Origin: Trichosphaerium sp. ATCC 40318 | Lineage: Eukaryota > Protista > Tubulinea | Direction of reading: 5' to 3' | Length of the DNA stretch: 64,000 nt | Assembly (NCBI GenBank): GCA_038496445.1 | Contig: JALMLS010000185.1 | Coordinates: 46,901-110,900, forward strand | Shown here: piece by piece, positions 25,238 to 39,584 of the stretch | How positions within the stretch are numbered: the stretch's first letter is position 1 | Layout: each line of letters begins with the position of its first letter | Notes under the pieces: model-generated | Databases searched by the model: none | What the model was told of the DNA's origin: nothing | Seen by the model: only the letters and a program-made list of their open reading frames with translations | Program-made: the position numbers and the translations under genes

Positions 25238-27630
25238 TTATTTATTCTTTGTTGAGCTAATTATCACAAGAGGTATTATGTAAACTACATAAATAAACGC
25301 AATGACAATCGTAATTAGAAGGATTAGAATTACACCAACAGCAATGGCGGATACCTAAACAAAAACTTTGTAAATAAAAAAAAAAACCTATCAAACAACT
25401 TTTGTCCAACAGTTTTTTTACAGGCATGACTGAGACTACTTCTTTTTCAAAATACAATTTATGTGTGAGTTAAGTAATAATTTATACGTACAATTGGTAT
25501 CCAGATATTATTCGAACTGCAACTTGTTGTTGTAAACCCAACAACAGCGATCAAGCTATTTTCTAAATTGAAAAAAACAAGTGAGCACGTTTTACATCTT
25601 ATGAAGATATATTCGTACCTGTCACTTTATAACTTTGTTGCTGGGTACCACAGGGACCTTTTTTTGGAGTAAAAAGTGTACAGTTTTCACCTGTAGCCAA
25701 ATAAGTCAACTTTGATGTTTTTTTTTCTGCATGTAGTTTTGTACCTTCCCATTCAAGTAATATTGTAGTTTCAGCTACTGCCTTTATATCTATATCTCCA
25801 AGAATATTAACACACCCTTTGACACGTACAATTGCATTATTCAAAGTTAATAATACTCCGTTTTGTACAATTAAATCGCCTGTAGGTGTTTGTTAACAAA
25901 CATTGGAGTTTCGATGCATAACAGTGTCACAGCACCTTGTATGTATATGACATCTGATAGTGTTGTATCATTAAACACGACAAAATCTCCTTCAATACAT
26001 ATTCCTACAACTCCAAAACATTGTGTTGGTGGAGAAGTAGGTGTTGCTGTAAGTGGTGTCGTAGGTGGTGGAGTGGGTGGACCTTTGAGAATAAAATGAG
26101 AAAAAACTGTTTATGTTTAACTTACCATTTTGAACTATTTCCATTATACTTGTGCTGGGTAAGTCACAAGAGAACATTTGAATACCAGTCATAAAACCTT
26201 TCGATAATTAGCAAACAATATTAAACACCAAACAAACCTTTAAAAGAAGAATCTCCATCAATGTTTGCACCCAGCCTTATTTGTGCGCTTGTAGATGTTT
26301 TAATGTAGTCATTCTCTATATTACTCTGCTGCTGGGTACTTGTATTTGTTCCGTTTATGTATAGAATTGCGCCTGAACTTGAAGACATGCCGTCTGTTAT
26401 TAAATACAGAGTTATAGCAACATGTGTCCACACATCTTTTTGAAGTTAATACTGTTCTGGAAAGAAGTTATTTGTACCTTTTGGTATACCAAGCATGTCC
26501 CACGTAGACGTTAAACTTCCACCACTTTGATACATTGCTTCAAATCGCATCCTATTATCATCTATAACAATTTGAGGGTGTTTTAACTAAAAAACTTTGA
26601 TACGAACCTTGTAGCACAAGAGAAATGTAGGTTTCAGCACCATAGTTCCCAAATAAATATTGATCACCTTCAAACGATTCTTGATCAAACAAACAGTCAG
26701 CCACGTAAAGCTGGTAACTGCATTCTTATTTGCACCTATACCTGGGTAAATCCACATTGATACAGTCATTGCAGCGAGGTTTTCACGGAGTGGATTAGAA
26801 CTAGATAGATATACATAGCCACCCTAGTTTGGTATTTAATTATTTTATATTGCACTAGTGTTCATACACGAAAGTGTAGTCCCTGTAATTCTTGTGATAC
26901 GTTGCCAGTTGGAACAAGTGTCAGTCCTGAATTATTATCCTAGCTCAAATTTAGATCATGTTTAAAGTGCTTATCACGTGCTGTAAACGAGTTAAACTCT
27001 CCTTTATGAAAGTGTTCTGGCGGCGTATGAGCAACAAACAGATATGATATTGACATACCTGATGGGCACTTAGGTGCGTATACTTGAATGGTAGTATTTT
27101 GGTCACTATTTCGTCTAGATATTATGGATACATTAAAGTGTTCTAAATGCAAACACTTGGTTAACAAAAAAGTTTAAAAAACATGAAGCACCTTGGTTAA
27201 CTACTTCGCAAGCGTTGTTCCCAAATATACGAAAAGGAAAGCTGTTTGTACTATCATATTCATCAGCAACCTGACAGTCATAATCTCCATAGCTGTTGTC
27301 TGCTTGGAACTCAAAGTTTATCCTATACATTAATTCTTTATGACAAACAAAACTTTTCGCAGTACGAGGCGGGTAGTACGTACTGTGTTGAACCAACACG
27401 CGAATAGTCAAGTGTGTAATTTGTATTAGTAATGCGCTCTACCATCTCGATGCTCCTCACAGTAGGACATTTGTACAGAAAAATGCTGAACTACACGCAA
27501 ACGTATTTAGTATTTTTTTTTGAGCTTATTTACTTATTACCTGCCCGCTAGCACAGTTAATCAGCAGAAATGTATGTAGTAGAATACGACAATACACCAG
27601 GCTAAGCCCAATATGGGGTCTGTGATACAT
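25238..27630 (-). CDS. LamG-like + Pro/Thr stalk + single-TM surface protein, copy 1 (cytoplasmic tail deleted)
   Basis: Signal-like N-terminus; MTVSMWIYP..DVWTHVAIT..LYING..FKGFMTGIQMF (LamG); PPT repeats; TM; a deletion removes SRDARERFLPF..., giving a new end IISSTKNK*. Confidence 0.7.
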
Positions 27631-28064
27631 TTTCTACAAGGCGATGATGAGTGATACACCCTTTGTTTGTTTATAATAACGAGAAGATCCTAGCTAAAAA
27701 TACGCTAAGGTAACCTAGCTTAAAAAATTCACGTGGTTAGTTCCAAGAAAACCGGTTTTGACAGATTATCTATTTTTATTAAAGTGATTTTCACAGTTTA
27801 CCCGATGCTGTTACGGCACATTTGACATTCATAGCCATCAAGAAGTTGAGGTTAACTGAATTCAAAACTTAGCGGTTTTCCGGTTTGTAACGGAAAAGTA
27901 GGAGCTCTACACGTGTTTTCGAAGTTCATGTGTGCAACCCTATTACAGCCCCTTGTCAATGGCTACTGTTACAAAATGGGAAGCTAGAGTATCATATATC
28001 AATTTTGTAAGGAAGCTTTGTACAGCTGATGTTCATAAAATAGAGCTACGAAACTGGTAGACTT

Positions 28065-28175
28065 GTTCAGACAACGGTATTAAGGCATTAAGTGGCGTTC
28101 ATACAATAGAAAGTACCTTGTGAACAGATCAAGGATGATGCATCAAGGCTTTAAATGGTGTACATGTAATTTACG
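28065..28175 (+). pseudogene. Degenerate GVHT-type LRR fragment
   Basis: TDNGIKALSGVHTIE and IKALNGVHVI readable with frameshifts. Confidence 0.5.
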
Positions 28176-28260
28176 CCTAACAGCCTAGAGGTGCCAAGAC
28201 ACAGTCTCGGATTGGATGACCACAAAGACTCTAGCTAACCATTCATTTATTTTTGGTGAA

Positions 28261-29116
28261 TCAAGTATTGTTACTGTGAACAACATAAACAGGAACGAAA
28301 ACGAAGTAACATATAGCCAGTATCAATCGAACTACACCCATAGCTATGAAAACAAACGAGATTTCCTCTATACTATGTACACATCGTGAGAAGACAATGG
28401 CACCAAACACAAGAAAACCAAAAGAAGCAACACCAAACAAAATGCTCGGAACCCCAACACTGGCAAAATGTTAAGTCATTGCAAACAAAAACAAGCTTAA
28501 CCTCTGCGTTTCTATTACATAACATAAACAGACTTAGTGGAACAAGAGTTTATACTAAGACTGCACATGTTGTAAAACCGTGTTTTAAAACAAACTGAAC
28601 AAAGACGGTCAATGTCTTAAATTGAATTTAGAAACATGCTAGAGGTTAAACTGAGGAAGAGTTTTGAAATATGCAATACCTCCATCGTAATAACATGTTA
28701 GATTTATGGCATAAAACCATCCTAGACCAAACAATAACCCTAAATTACTATTACCAACTGTTCAATATAGGGTCACGTTTGGGTGGCGTACATAAATATC
28801 CTTAGTAGCTTTATGAAGCAATTATTTTGAATGGTCTTGCCAAGCTTAAGCCATTTCTCTGCTATTGCTGCTTCCCTTTCCATTTTCTTTCGTTGTAGTA
28901 CAATATCTAGCGTTTCAATGTACCACTTAGACCATATGGCTGGATCTTCGACAATATGCCCAACGGGTAGATACGACACGTGCGTTGCGAACATCGTCTA
29001 AATTCAAGTTTTTTAACACCAATAGAAACGTTTCATCGGGTGTATCAAATGGGCTGTTTATGTTGTCCTCTTCAATGCTCTGAAGTTTAATGAATTGGGA
29101 GTTAATTAGGTGCCAT
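28261..29116 (-). pseudogene. F-box + 4TM gene, deleted copy
   Basis: Homologous to 32421-33431 but with an about 130-bp deletion near 28460 and small frameshifting deletions in the F-box. Confidence 0.75.
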
Positions 29117-29419
29117 TTGATACTTTATTCGAAAGTTGTTAAGTTCATGCACGTGTTTTATTTAGTAGATTTAAGCCACTCTTTGCTGTTTGTGATTTTT
29201 GGTTTTCGTGTTTAGTCAGATTTGACAAACCTTGCAACTTCTGTTAGTTCTTACAAGATCTTACACTTTTATACGTCTGAAAACCTGTTGCAAATTGAAT
29301 GATATGGACAATAATACAGGTACAATATCAATTAGTTCACGGAAAACATTGTCTATAAGTGAGCTGGTCCGATTATTTATTCTTTGTGGAGTTAATTATC
29401 AAAAGAGGTATTATTTAAA

Positions 29420-31865
29420 CTACGACATTGATATAATTTTTCCCTTTGTGGCATCAACTGCAGTAGACCGATGAATTCGTGCAAAACGTCTAAAAGGTAG
29501 AAACCGCTCTCTAGCATCACGAGAATAAATAAACACAATGACAATCGCAATTAGAATGATAAGAATTACACCAACAGCGACAGCGGATACCTAAACAAAA
29601 ACTGTGTAAATAAAAAAAAACCTATCAAACAACTTTTGTCCAACAGTTTTTTTACAGGCATGACTGAGACTACTTCTTTTTCAAAATACAATTTATGTGT
29701 AAGTTAAGTAACATTTTATACGTACAATTGGTATCCAGATATTATTCGAACTGCAACTTGTTGTTGTAAACCCAACAACAGCGATCAAGCTATTTTCTAA
29801 ATTGAAAAAAAACAAGTGAGCACGTTTTACATCTTATGAAGATGTATTTGTACCTGTCACTTTATAACTTTGTTGCTGGGTACCACATGGGGCCTGTTTT
29901 GGAGTAAAAAGTGTACAGTTTTCACCTGTAGACAAACAAGTCAACTTTAATGGTTTTTTTTTCTTCATGTAGTTTTGTACCTTCCCATTCGAGTAATGTC
30001 GTAGTTTCAGCTACTGCTTTTATATCTATATCTCCAAGAATATTAACACACCCTTTGACACGTACAATTGCATTATTCAAAGTTAATACTACTCCGTTTT
30101 GTACAATTAAATCGCCTGTAGGTGTTGTTAAAAAGTATGAAAGTATGTCACGGCACCTTGTATGTATATATCATCTGATAGTGTTGTATCATTAAACACG
30201 ACAAAATCTCCTTCAATACATATTCCTACAACTCCAGAACATTGTGTTGGTTCAGAAGTAGGTGTTTTCGTAAGTGTTGTCGTAGGTGGTGTCGTAGGTG
30301 GACGAGTAGGTGGTGTCGTAGGTGGACCTTTGAGAATAAAATGAGAAAAAACCGTTTATGTTTAACTTACCATTTTGAACTATTTCCATTATACTTGTAC
30401 TGGGTAAGTCACAAGAGAACATTTGAATACCAGTCATAAAACCTTTCAAAAATTAGCAAACAATATTAAACACCAAACAAACCTTTAAAAGCAGAATCTC
30501 CATCAATGTTTGCACCCAGCCTCATTTGTGCGCTTGTCGATGTTTTAATGTAGTCATTCTTTACGTTACTTTGCTGCTGCTGGGGACTCATATTCGTTCC
30601 GTTTATGTATAGAATTGCGCCTGAAGTTGAAGACATGGCGTCTGATATTAAATACAGAGTTATAGCAACTTGTGTCCACACATCTTTGAAGTTAATACTT
30701 TTCTAGGAAAGAAGTTATTTGTACCTTTTGGTATACCAAGCATGTCCCACGTAGACGTTAAACTTCCACCACTTTGGTACATTGATTCAAATCGCATTCT
30801 ATCATCGTCTATAGCGATTGAGGGTGTGTTTTAACTAAAAAACTTTGATACGAACCTTGTAGAACAAGAGAAATGTAAGTTTCAGCACCATAGTTCCCAA
30901 ATAAATATTGATCGCCTTCAAGCGATTCTTGACCAAACAAACAGTCAGCCACGTAAAGCTAGTAAGTGCATTCTTATTTGGACCTGGGTAAATCCATATT
31001 GATACAGTCATTGCAGCGAGGTTTTCACGGAGTGGATTAGAACTAGATAGATATACATAGCCACCCTAGTTTGATATTTAGTTATTTTATCTTGTAATAG
31101 TGTTCAGACACGAAAGTGTAGCCCCTGTGATTCTTGTGATACGTTGCCAGTTGGAACAAGTGCCAGTCCTGAATTATTATCCTAACTCACAATTAGATCA
31201 TGTTTAAAGTGCTTATCACGTGCTGTAAACGAGTTAAACTCTCCTTTATGAAAGTGTTCTGGCGGCGTGTAAGCAACAAAAAGATATGATATTGACATAC
31301 TTGATGGGCACTTAGGTGCGTATACTTGAATGGTAGTATTTTGGTCACTATTTCGTCTAGATATTATGGATACATTAAAGTGTTCTAAACGCAAACATTT
31401 GATTAACAAAATAGTTTAAAAAACATGAAGCACCTTGGTTAATTACTTCGCAAGCGTTGTTTCCAAATATACGAAAAGGAAAGCTGTTTGTATTGTCATA
31501 TTCATCAGCAACCTGACAGTCATAATCTCCATCGCTGTTGTCTACTTGGAACTCAAAGTTTATCCTATACATTAATTCTTACGATAAACACAATGTTTTC
31601 GCAGGTACGAGGGGGGTAGTACGTACTGTATTGAACCAACACGCGAATAGTCAAATGTGTAATTTGAATCAGTAATGCGCTCTACCATCTCGATGCTCCT
31701 CACAGTAGGACATTTGTACAGAAAAATGCTGAACTAAAGCAAACGTATTTAATTTGTTTTAGCTTTACTTGTTACCTGCCCGCTAGCACAGTTAATCAGC
31801 AGAAACGTCTGTAGTAGAATACGACAATACACCAAGCTAATCCCAATTTTGGGTAATTGATACAT
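29420..31865 (-). CDS. LamG-like + Pro/Thr stalk + single-TM surface protein, copy 2
   Basis: Same exon structure as copy 1; full tail IYSRDARERFLPFRRFARIHRSTAVDATKGKIISMS*. Confidence 0.75.
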
Positions 31866-32420
31866 TTGCTACAAGACGATGATGAGTGATACAACCCTTT
31901 GTTTGTTTATAATAACGAATATCCTAGCTAAAAATAGGCTAAGGTAACCTAGCTTAAAAAACTCACGTGGTTAGTTCCAAGAAAACCGGGTTTGGCAGAT
32001 AATCTATTTTTATTACAGTTTATCCGACGCTGTTACGGCAAACATTTGACTGAATCATAGCCATCAAGAAGTTGAGGTTAACTGACATTTAAAACTTAAA
32101 GGTTTTCGGTTTTAGCAGAAAACTAGGAGTTTGAGAAAGTTCATGTGTGAGAATCAACCCTATTACAGCCCCTTGTCAATGGCTACTGTTACAAAATGGG
32201 AAGCTAGAGTATCATATGTCAATTTTGTAAGGAAGCTTTGTACAGCTGATGTTCATAAAATAGAGTTGTAAATCATTAAAGAAGCGCCATCTTAGACAAA
32301 TAGAAAGGCTTTAGCACTAAGAAGTTCTTTTATTACGCCTAACAGCCTAGGTGCCAAGACGTAGTCTAGGATTAGATGACCACAAAGACTATAGCTAACC
32401 ATTCATTTATTTTTGGTGAA

Positions 32421-33431
32421 TCAAGTATTGTTACTGTGAACATACACAGGAACTATAAAGAAGTAACATATGGCCAGTATCAATCGAACTACACCCATAG
32501 CTATGAAAACGAACGAGCTTTCCTCTATACTATGTACAAATCGTGAGAAGACAGTGGCACCATACACAAGAAAACCAAAAGAGGCAACACCAAACAAAAT
32601 GCTAGGAACCCCAACAGCAATTATCAAATTCTTTTTTGTTCTACCTATACGAGGCAATAACATTGTGAGCCCATGCATAATGAGTGCACTTATGAAAGTG
32701 AAAGCTCCATCAAAGATAGACCATTTGTGTATTCCTATCTCTGGACAAAATGTTAAATCATTGCAAACAAAAACAAGTTTAACCTCTGCGTTTCTATTAC
32801 ATAACATAAACAGACTTAGTGGAACAAGAGTTCTCATAATAAGACTGTACATGTTTCAAACAGTGTTTTAAAACAAACTGAACAAAGACGGTCAATGTCT
32901 GAGGTTGAATTAGAAACACGTGCTAGAGGTTAAACTGAGGAAGAGTTTTGAAATATGCAATACCTCCATCGTAATAACATGTTAGATTTATGGCATAAAA
33001 CCATCCTAGACCAAACTCTATAGCACCTGCAATAACCCTAAATTACTATTACCAACTGTTCAACATAGGGTCACGTGTACATGACGTACATAAATATCCT
33101 AAGTTGCATTATTAAGCAATTGTTTTGAATGGTTTTGCCAAGCTTAAGCCATTTCTCTGCTATTGCTGCTTCCCTTTCCATTTTCTTTCGTTGTAGTACA
33201 ATATCTAGCGTTTCAATGTACCACTGAGACCATATGACCGGATCTTCAACACAATATGCCCAACGGGTAGATACGACACGTGCGTTGCGAACACCATCTA
33301 AATTCAAGTTTTTTAACACCAATAGAAACGTTTCATCGGGTAGTGTATCAAATGGACTGTTTATGTTGTCATCTTCAATGTTATGAAGTCTAATGAATTG
33401 GGAGTTAATTAAAGCTGACATATGGTGCCAT
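32421..33431 (-). CDS. F-box + coiled-coil + four-transmembrane protein
   Basis: The F-box ORF 33071-33421 splices (AT|GTACGT..TTTAG|G; G|GTATTG..CCAG|AG, intron 32741-32963) in frame to the hydrophobic ORF ending 32421; start may be 33421 or 33431. Confidence 0.7.
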
Positions 33432-34329
33432 TTGATACTTTATTCAATAAGTTGTTAAGTTTATGCACGTGTTTTATTTAGTAGATTTAAGCCCTCTTTG
33501 CTGTTTGTGATTTTTGGTTTTCGTGTTTAGTCAGATTTGACAGCTCTTGCAACTTCTGTTACTTCTTACAAGATCTTGTTAGTTCTCGCGAGATCTGTCA
33601 AAAACTACAAGATCTGACGGATCTTGTCAGTTCTGGAACAAACTAAATCCACTTGGACAGGTACGACACATACTAATTTATTGTGACACCACGTGTTCTA
33701 ACCACCATTGTTTTATTTGGTACATTAGCTTATGTAGTTCTGTTGATGTCTCTAATGACCTCTAAGGTCCAATGATTGTCTCCTATACTCTAAAACGGAT
33801 TCTTACGCTATGTTAATACCGCATACATGCAGCGCAAGATACTTTGGAAGGGCTTGGAATTTTCTTTGAGGTTTTAACGTTCTCACGTTAAATACTCCTT
33901 TTTACGCCTGAATGTGCCAGCATTTGCGCATGGTGCTAGTAGGTTAACATGCAAATAGTTTTTAATCCGGCCCATCGCGTCGTCATCAAAAAAGTCAACT
34001 TTTGTAAACCCAAAAATTGTGGATTTCACAATAAACAACACGTAACTCCCCAATGTCGCAACACCGATGTGGCTTTTCCAAGTATTATGGCAAACGCCCA
34101 AAGTAGCGCGTGTTTAAATTGTCAAACAGAGAATCCATACAGTATGTACTTCATAACATCTGCGATACTGGCAACCAATATTTCTTTGGGCTCCGATTTT
34201 TACAGCAGCATTGAAGCCTTACGGATTTACCTATGTTGACTATCCCGTGTTTGACATGCGGACTAAACTTAAAAAACAACGTAGTGTTATTGGTATTTGA
34301 AAAGCAAAGACATCAATGGCATTTTTCAC

Positions 34330-35382
34330 CTTCAAGTGAAACAATAAGATTTTTAAAAACTTGCTATTCACAAGCACATATGAACAACATCACACTGACC
34401 TAAAAAATGGGATCACTACCCATATGAAGAACTTCTCTGGCATAGTGATATGGCATGGGATTATTGCAATACGGAATATTTGCACATTGTGGAGCACAGG
34501 TGAAGCACAAATTTTATTTACTTGGAAAACAGGTTTGTTGCCACTTAATCACTACTTCAACATCTCTGCCAACATGAAATTTGATGCTAACATGGTACAC
34601 TCATTTCTAGTGATTGTCTTTAAGCGCCACATGGTACCAGATTATTTCACTTGTGTTGATGAACTCTGTATTCCAGCACAATATTTCAATTGCCTTTTAA
34701 AAACTCACAACATTAAGAAACCGTACGCCTGGGCCATAGAATTGAAGTGTCTCGATGATTCGAACTAGGTATCTGATTGACTTTATCAAGCGCTTTGATA
34801 TAGCCTCATCTCACACCAAATGAATCCTTCTTTCATGTGCAAAATGGTCGAAAACAATTGGAAGGTGCCATTTTTTTACAAGTGACTAATTTTTGTTCAG
34901 CCATGGATCTCAACAAGCCGGGGGACTTTGGCTTAGACGCTACTGTATCATGTAACACCAACCACTGTCAGTGGCCTTGAAGCAATCACTTGCAAAAAAA
35001 GTGCCTGTGGGATACACAAGATTGGCACCATTGTACAAAACTGCTTCCGTTGCAACAAATAACAATGAAATCGTAAAGTTGGCCACCACTCTCTACTGTG
35101 TGCATGATGACAAAAGTTCATTTGACAGCAGCAAGAAAAGATATGTTCAAAAATAATAATGATAACACCAAGGGAAATAGTGATCAATTTAGCCAGCTGG
35201 TCAAGTCCTATTGTACAGATAGGCGGTTCAAAAAATGGAACATGACACTTCTTGTTGGTTGGTTTTACTACACCCTCACAAATGCTTCTATTCTGTATAA
35301 GTGTCAAGACGGTGCCCTTACTCCCAAAGGTTTTTTACAAGAAATTGTAACGGAATTACTTCTCACAGGGACAGGAAAATAA
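34330..35382 (+). mobile_element. Degenerate piggyBac-like transposase (DDE_Tnp_1_7)
   Basis: FKRHMVPDYFTCVDELCIP..KKPYAWAIELKCLDDS and NTKGNSDQFSQLVKSY..RRFKKWNM..NASILY; internal stops and frameshifts; 3' end locally duplicated (35335-35525). Confidence 0.8.
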
Positions 35383-35639
35383 CCTCCTAATAAATTTGTG
35401 ACAGGATTAATAGCCTTCTAATAAATTTGTGACAGTTTTTTTTGTGACAGTTTTTTTTGCAAGAAATTGCAACGGAATTGCTTCTCACAGAGACAGAAAA
35501 TAATCCTAATACTTTTATGACAGTTTTTTTTTTTTTGTGATTTTTCATGACGACTCCTTTGGCCGGACTTGTTTTTATGGCTCCTGGGTGATTAGTAATG
35601 AGAGGGCACCTACGTGAATGTATCAGCTGGGAAAGCAGT

Positions 35640-36206
35640 GTACACTGGCAGCTAGAAAAAATGGAAAGCCAACTCAAAAGGCAAATTTCATGATCCACAA
35701 GAACGTAACACTCGTTCATCATGGCAAGTTACTACTGCTATCACTGCAATGGCTACGTAACAAATGAAGTTTGGCCGAAGATTTTGACAGTGTTCCTTTA
35801 AGAAATTTCAAGTTTTCATGGAGATCGAACAATTTTATTTTTGGATCGCTTGTCACCTCACATTAAAAAAGGACACCTTTTACAATGTATAGAAAAGAAT
35901 GTCATGACCATGGTGTGGCCAGCACATACATCTCATTTTCAACAACCTCTCGATGATAAACCATTTGCGACCTTAGCCAAGACTTACACAAAAATGCATG
36001 CACAAGAGAGTAAGCATACCATAGTGACTAGGAGCCAACAATATTTTAATTCGAGTATTGTTCAAGAAGCAAAAAGACAAGCCTTATTACCTCATATCAT
36101 TAAAAGCGCTTGGGAGAGTGTTGCTATATGGCCATATGATCGTAAAAAAATTTTGGACCAAGCAAAAAATATTTTGGTAAAAAAAGTTGTAGAATATGCT
36201 CAGTAG
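35640..36206 (+). mobile_element. Degenerate pogo/Tigger-type DDE_1 transposase fragment
   Basis: ILFLDRLSPH..VWPAHTSHFQQPLDDKPFATL..IIKSAWESVAIWPYD matches the DDE_1 pattern LILDGHxSH..LPxHxSHxLQPLD. Confidence 0.78.
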
Positions 36207-36307
36207 TGTTCATGGCGTGTGACGAAAGTTTTAAATTGCTAGCTTAAATTGTGTAAAAATAAAAAATAAATTACAAAAGAAACATGGCATTTTTTTGGGA
36301 CACTTTA

Positions 36308-36610
36308 CATGTTTGCTACAAGACGATGATGAGTGATACAACCCTTTGTTTGTTTATAATAACGACAATATCCTTTGTTATTTTTATTACAGTTACCCGA
36401 GCAAACATTTGATTGAATTATAGCCATCAAGAAGTTAAGGTTTGACATTCAAACCTAACGGTTAACCTGTTTGCAACGGAAAAGTAGGAGCTCTACACGT
36501 GTTTAAGAAAGTTCATGTGTGAGAATCATCCACTATTCCAGCCCTTGTCAATGGCTACTGTTACAAAATGGGAAGCTTTCAATGTTTCCGTACAGCTGAT
36601 GTTCATATGT
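36308..36610 (-). repeat. Orphan copy of the LamG-gene upstream region without its gene
   Basis: Matches 31861-32260 and 27627-28040; begins at the position of the start codon, next to the transposase remnants. Confidence 0.75.
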
Positions 36611-36639
36611 AAAACTACAAGAATCTATTTGAACGACTA

Positions 36640-36870
36640 AAACCTGTCAATACCTTCACAGTATTCAACACTTGTATGCCACATATTTGGGGGCAAGGTA
36701 GATGTCAACAGTATGAGCCCATGGCTTTGACACCATCATCCGTGCTGCTATCTTGGTCACCTGAATTACAGCTAAAGCTGTGATGCCTCTTGTTCACAAG
36801 CCACTTACGTCTATTGTATGAACGCCACTTAATGCCAAAATAGCGTTATCTGATATAGTTTTGCAGTTTC
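36640..36870 (-). pseudogene. Degenerate GVHT-type LRR fragment
   Basis: AILALSGVHTIDVSG and TDDGVKAM..HTVDI readable on the minus strand. Confidence 0.5.
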
Positions 36871-37153
36871 GTAACTCTACTTTACCCAGGCACTGTCAGC
36901 TTGTGTTCGTGACGAAAAAAATAGTCTGGTGGCTTATAGCAAAGTCAACTTTCAAATCACCGTAGTCATAACCGAACTAAACGGTTAGAAAACCGGTTTC
37001 AAAGCCTAAACACGTGATTGTTTTTAAGCAAGGATACCTTAACCTATTTTTAGCTAAAAGCTCTTTTCGGAAGGTCCAAAATCCAAAGCTGCTCGTTTAG
37101 CGTTTTTTAAACAACTGAAGGGTTACATCACTCACCATAGCCTTTATAAAGCA

Positions 37154-39584
37154 ATGTATCACAGGCCCAGTATTAGCCCTGTGTATTTTCATATTCTAAT
37201 ACAGATATTTCTGTTAATTAAGTGTACTAGCGCCCAGCAGGTATAAGTAAATACTAAATAATTGACGTAAATAATACTTTGTGTCTAGGGCAGTATTTTT
37301 CTGTACAAATGCCCTTCTGGCGATGATATCGAGATGGTAGAGCGCATGACTTCCCCAAATTATATTTTTGATTATTCACGTGTTGGTTCTATTCTGTACG
37401 TAATACACCTTTTTACGTGTGAAAAACATTGTTTTCTCATTCTGAATGTGTAGGATAAACTTTGAGTTCCAAGTAGATAACAATAATGGTCATTATGAAT
37501 GCCAAGCTGATGATATGTCGGTAACTACTGATACATTTCCAATTCGAGTATTTGGTAATGGAGATGAAGATTGCCGTACAATTGCCAAAGGTACTTCATA
37601 TTTTTTTACTTTTGTTAACCAAATCGCACGCGTAGACAACTTTAATGTATCCATATTATCTGCAGAGAATATGAGCCAAAATAGTGTCATTCAAGTTTAC
37701 GCACCTAAGTGCCCATCAGGCACACCAATACCATATCTGCTTGTCGCTTATACACCGCTAGAGTACTTTCATAAAGGAGAGTTTAACTCGTTTACAGCAC
37801 GTGATAAGCACTTTAACATGATCTAATTTTGAGCTAGGATAATAATTCAGGACTGACACTTGTTCCAACTGGCAACGTATCACAAGAATCACAGGGCCTA
37901 CACTTTCGTGTATGAACACTATTACAAGATAAAATAATTAAATACCGAACTAGGGTGGCTATGTATATCTATCTAGTTCTAACCCACTCCGTGAGAGTCT
38001 TGCTGCAATGACTGTATCAATATGGATTTACCCAGGTATACACAATGAAAGCGGTTTATGAGGCTGACTGTTTGTTTGATCAAGAATCGTTTGAAGGAGA
38101 TCAATATTTATTTGGGAACTATGGTGCTGAAACTTACATTTCTCTTGTGCTACAAGGTTCGTATCAAAGCTTTTTAGTTAAAACACCCTTAAATTGTTAT
38201 AGATGATGATAGGATGCGATTTGAAGCAATGTACCAAAGTGGTGAAAGTTTAACGTCTACGTGGGACATGCTTGGTATACCAAAAGGTACAAATAACTTC
38301 TTTCCAGAACAGTATTAACTTCAAAAAGATGTGTGGACACATGTTGCTATAACTCTGTATTTAATAACAGACGGCCTGGACTCAACTTCAGGCGCAATTC
38401 TATACATAAACGGAACGAATACAAGTCCCCAGCAGCAGAGTAAAGCAAAGAATGACTACATTAAAACATCGACAAGCGCACAAATAAGGCTGGGTGCAAA
38501 CATTGATGGAGATTCTTCTTTTAAAGGTTTGTTGGTGTTTAATATTGTTTGCTAATTTCCGAAAGGTTTTATGACTGGTATTCAAATGTTCTCTTGTGAC
38601 TTACCCAGCACAAGTATAATGGAAATAGTTCAAAATGGTAAGTTAAACATAAACGATTTTTTCTCATTTTATTCTCAAAGGTCCACCTACTCCACCACCT
38701 ACGACAACACCACCTACAACAACGCCTACTGTTGTACCTACTTCTCCACCAACACAATGTTTTGGAGTTGTAGGAATATGTATTGAAGGGGATTTCGTCG
38801 TGTTTAATGATACAACACTATCAGATGTCATATACATACAAGGTGCGTGACACTGTTATGCATCGAAACTCCAATGTTTGTTAACAACACCTACAGGCGA
38901 TTTAATTGTACAAAACGGAGTAGTATTAACTTTGAATAATACAATTGTACGTGTCAAAGGGTGTGTTAATATTCTTGGAGATATAGATGTAAAAGCAATA
39001 GCTGAAACTACGACATTACTCGAATGGGAAGGTACAAAAACATGAGAGGAAAAAAAACCATCAAAGTTGACTTGTTTGTCTACAGGTGAAAACTGTACAC
39101 TTTTTACTCCAAAACAGGCCCCATGTGGTACCCAGCAACAAAATTATAAAGTGACAGGTACGAATACATCTTCATAAGATGTAAAACGTGCTCACTTGTT
39201 TTTTTTTCAATGAAGAAAATAGCTTGATCGCTGTTGTTGGGTTTACAACAACAAGTTGCAGTTCAAATAATATCTGGATACCAATTGTACGTACAAATTG
39301 TTACTTAACTCACACGTAAATTGTGTTTTGAAAAAGAAGTAGTCTTAGTCATGCCTGTAAAAAAACTGTTGGACAAAAGTTGTTTGATAGGTTTTTTTAT
39401 TTACAAAGTTTTTGTTTAGGTATGCGCTGTCGGTGTAATTCTTATCATTTTAATTGCGATTGTCAGTGTGTTTATTTATTCTCGAGATGCTAGAGAGCGG
39501 TTTCTACCTTTTAGACGTTTTGCACGAATTCATCGGTCTACTGCAGTTGATGCCACAAAGGGAAAAATTACATCAATGTCGTAG
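37154..39584 (+). CDS. LamG-like + Pro/Thr stalk + single-TM surface protein, copy 3 (inverted, divergent N-terminal domain)
   Basis: Reverse-complement homolog of 29420-31865; intact tail ..GKITSMS*. Confidence 0.75.
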
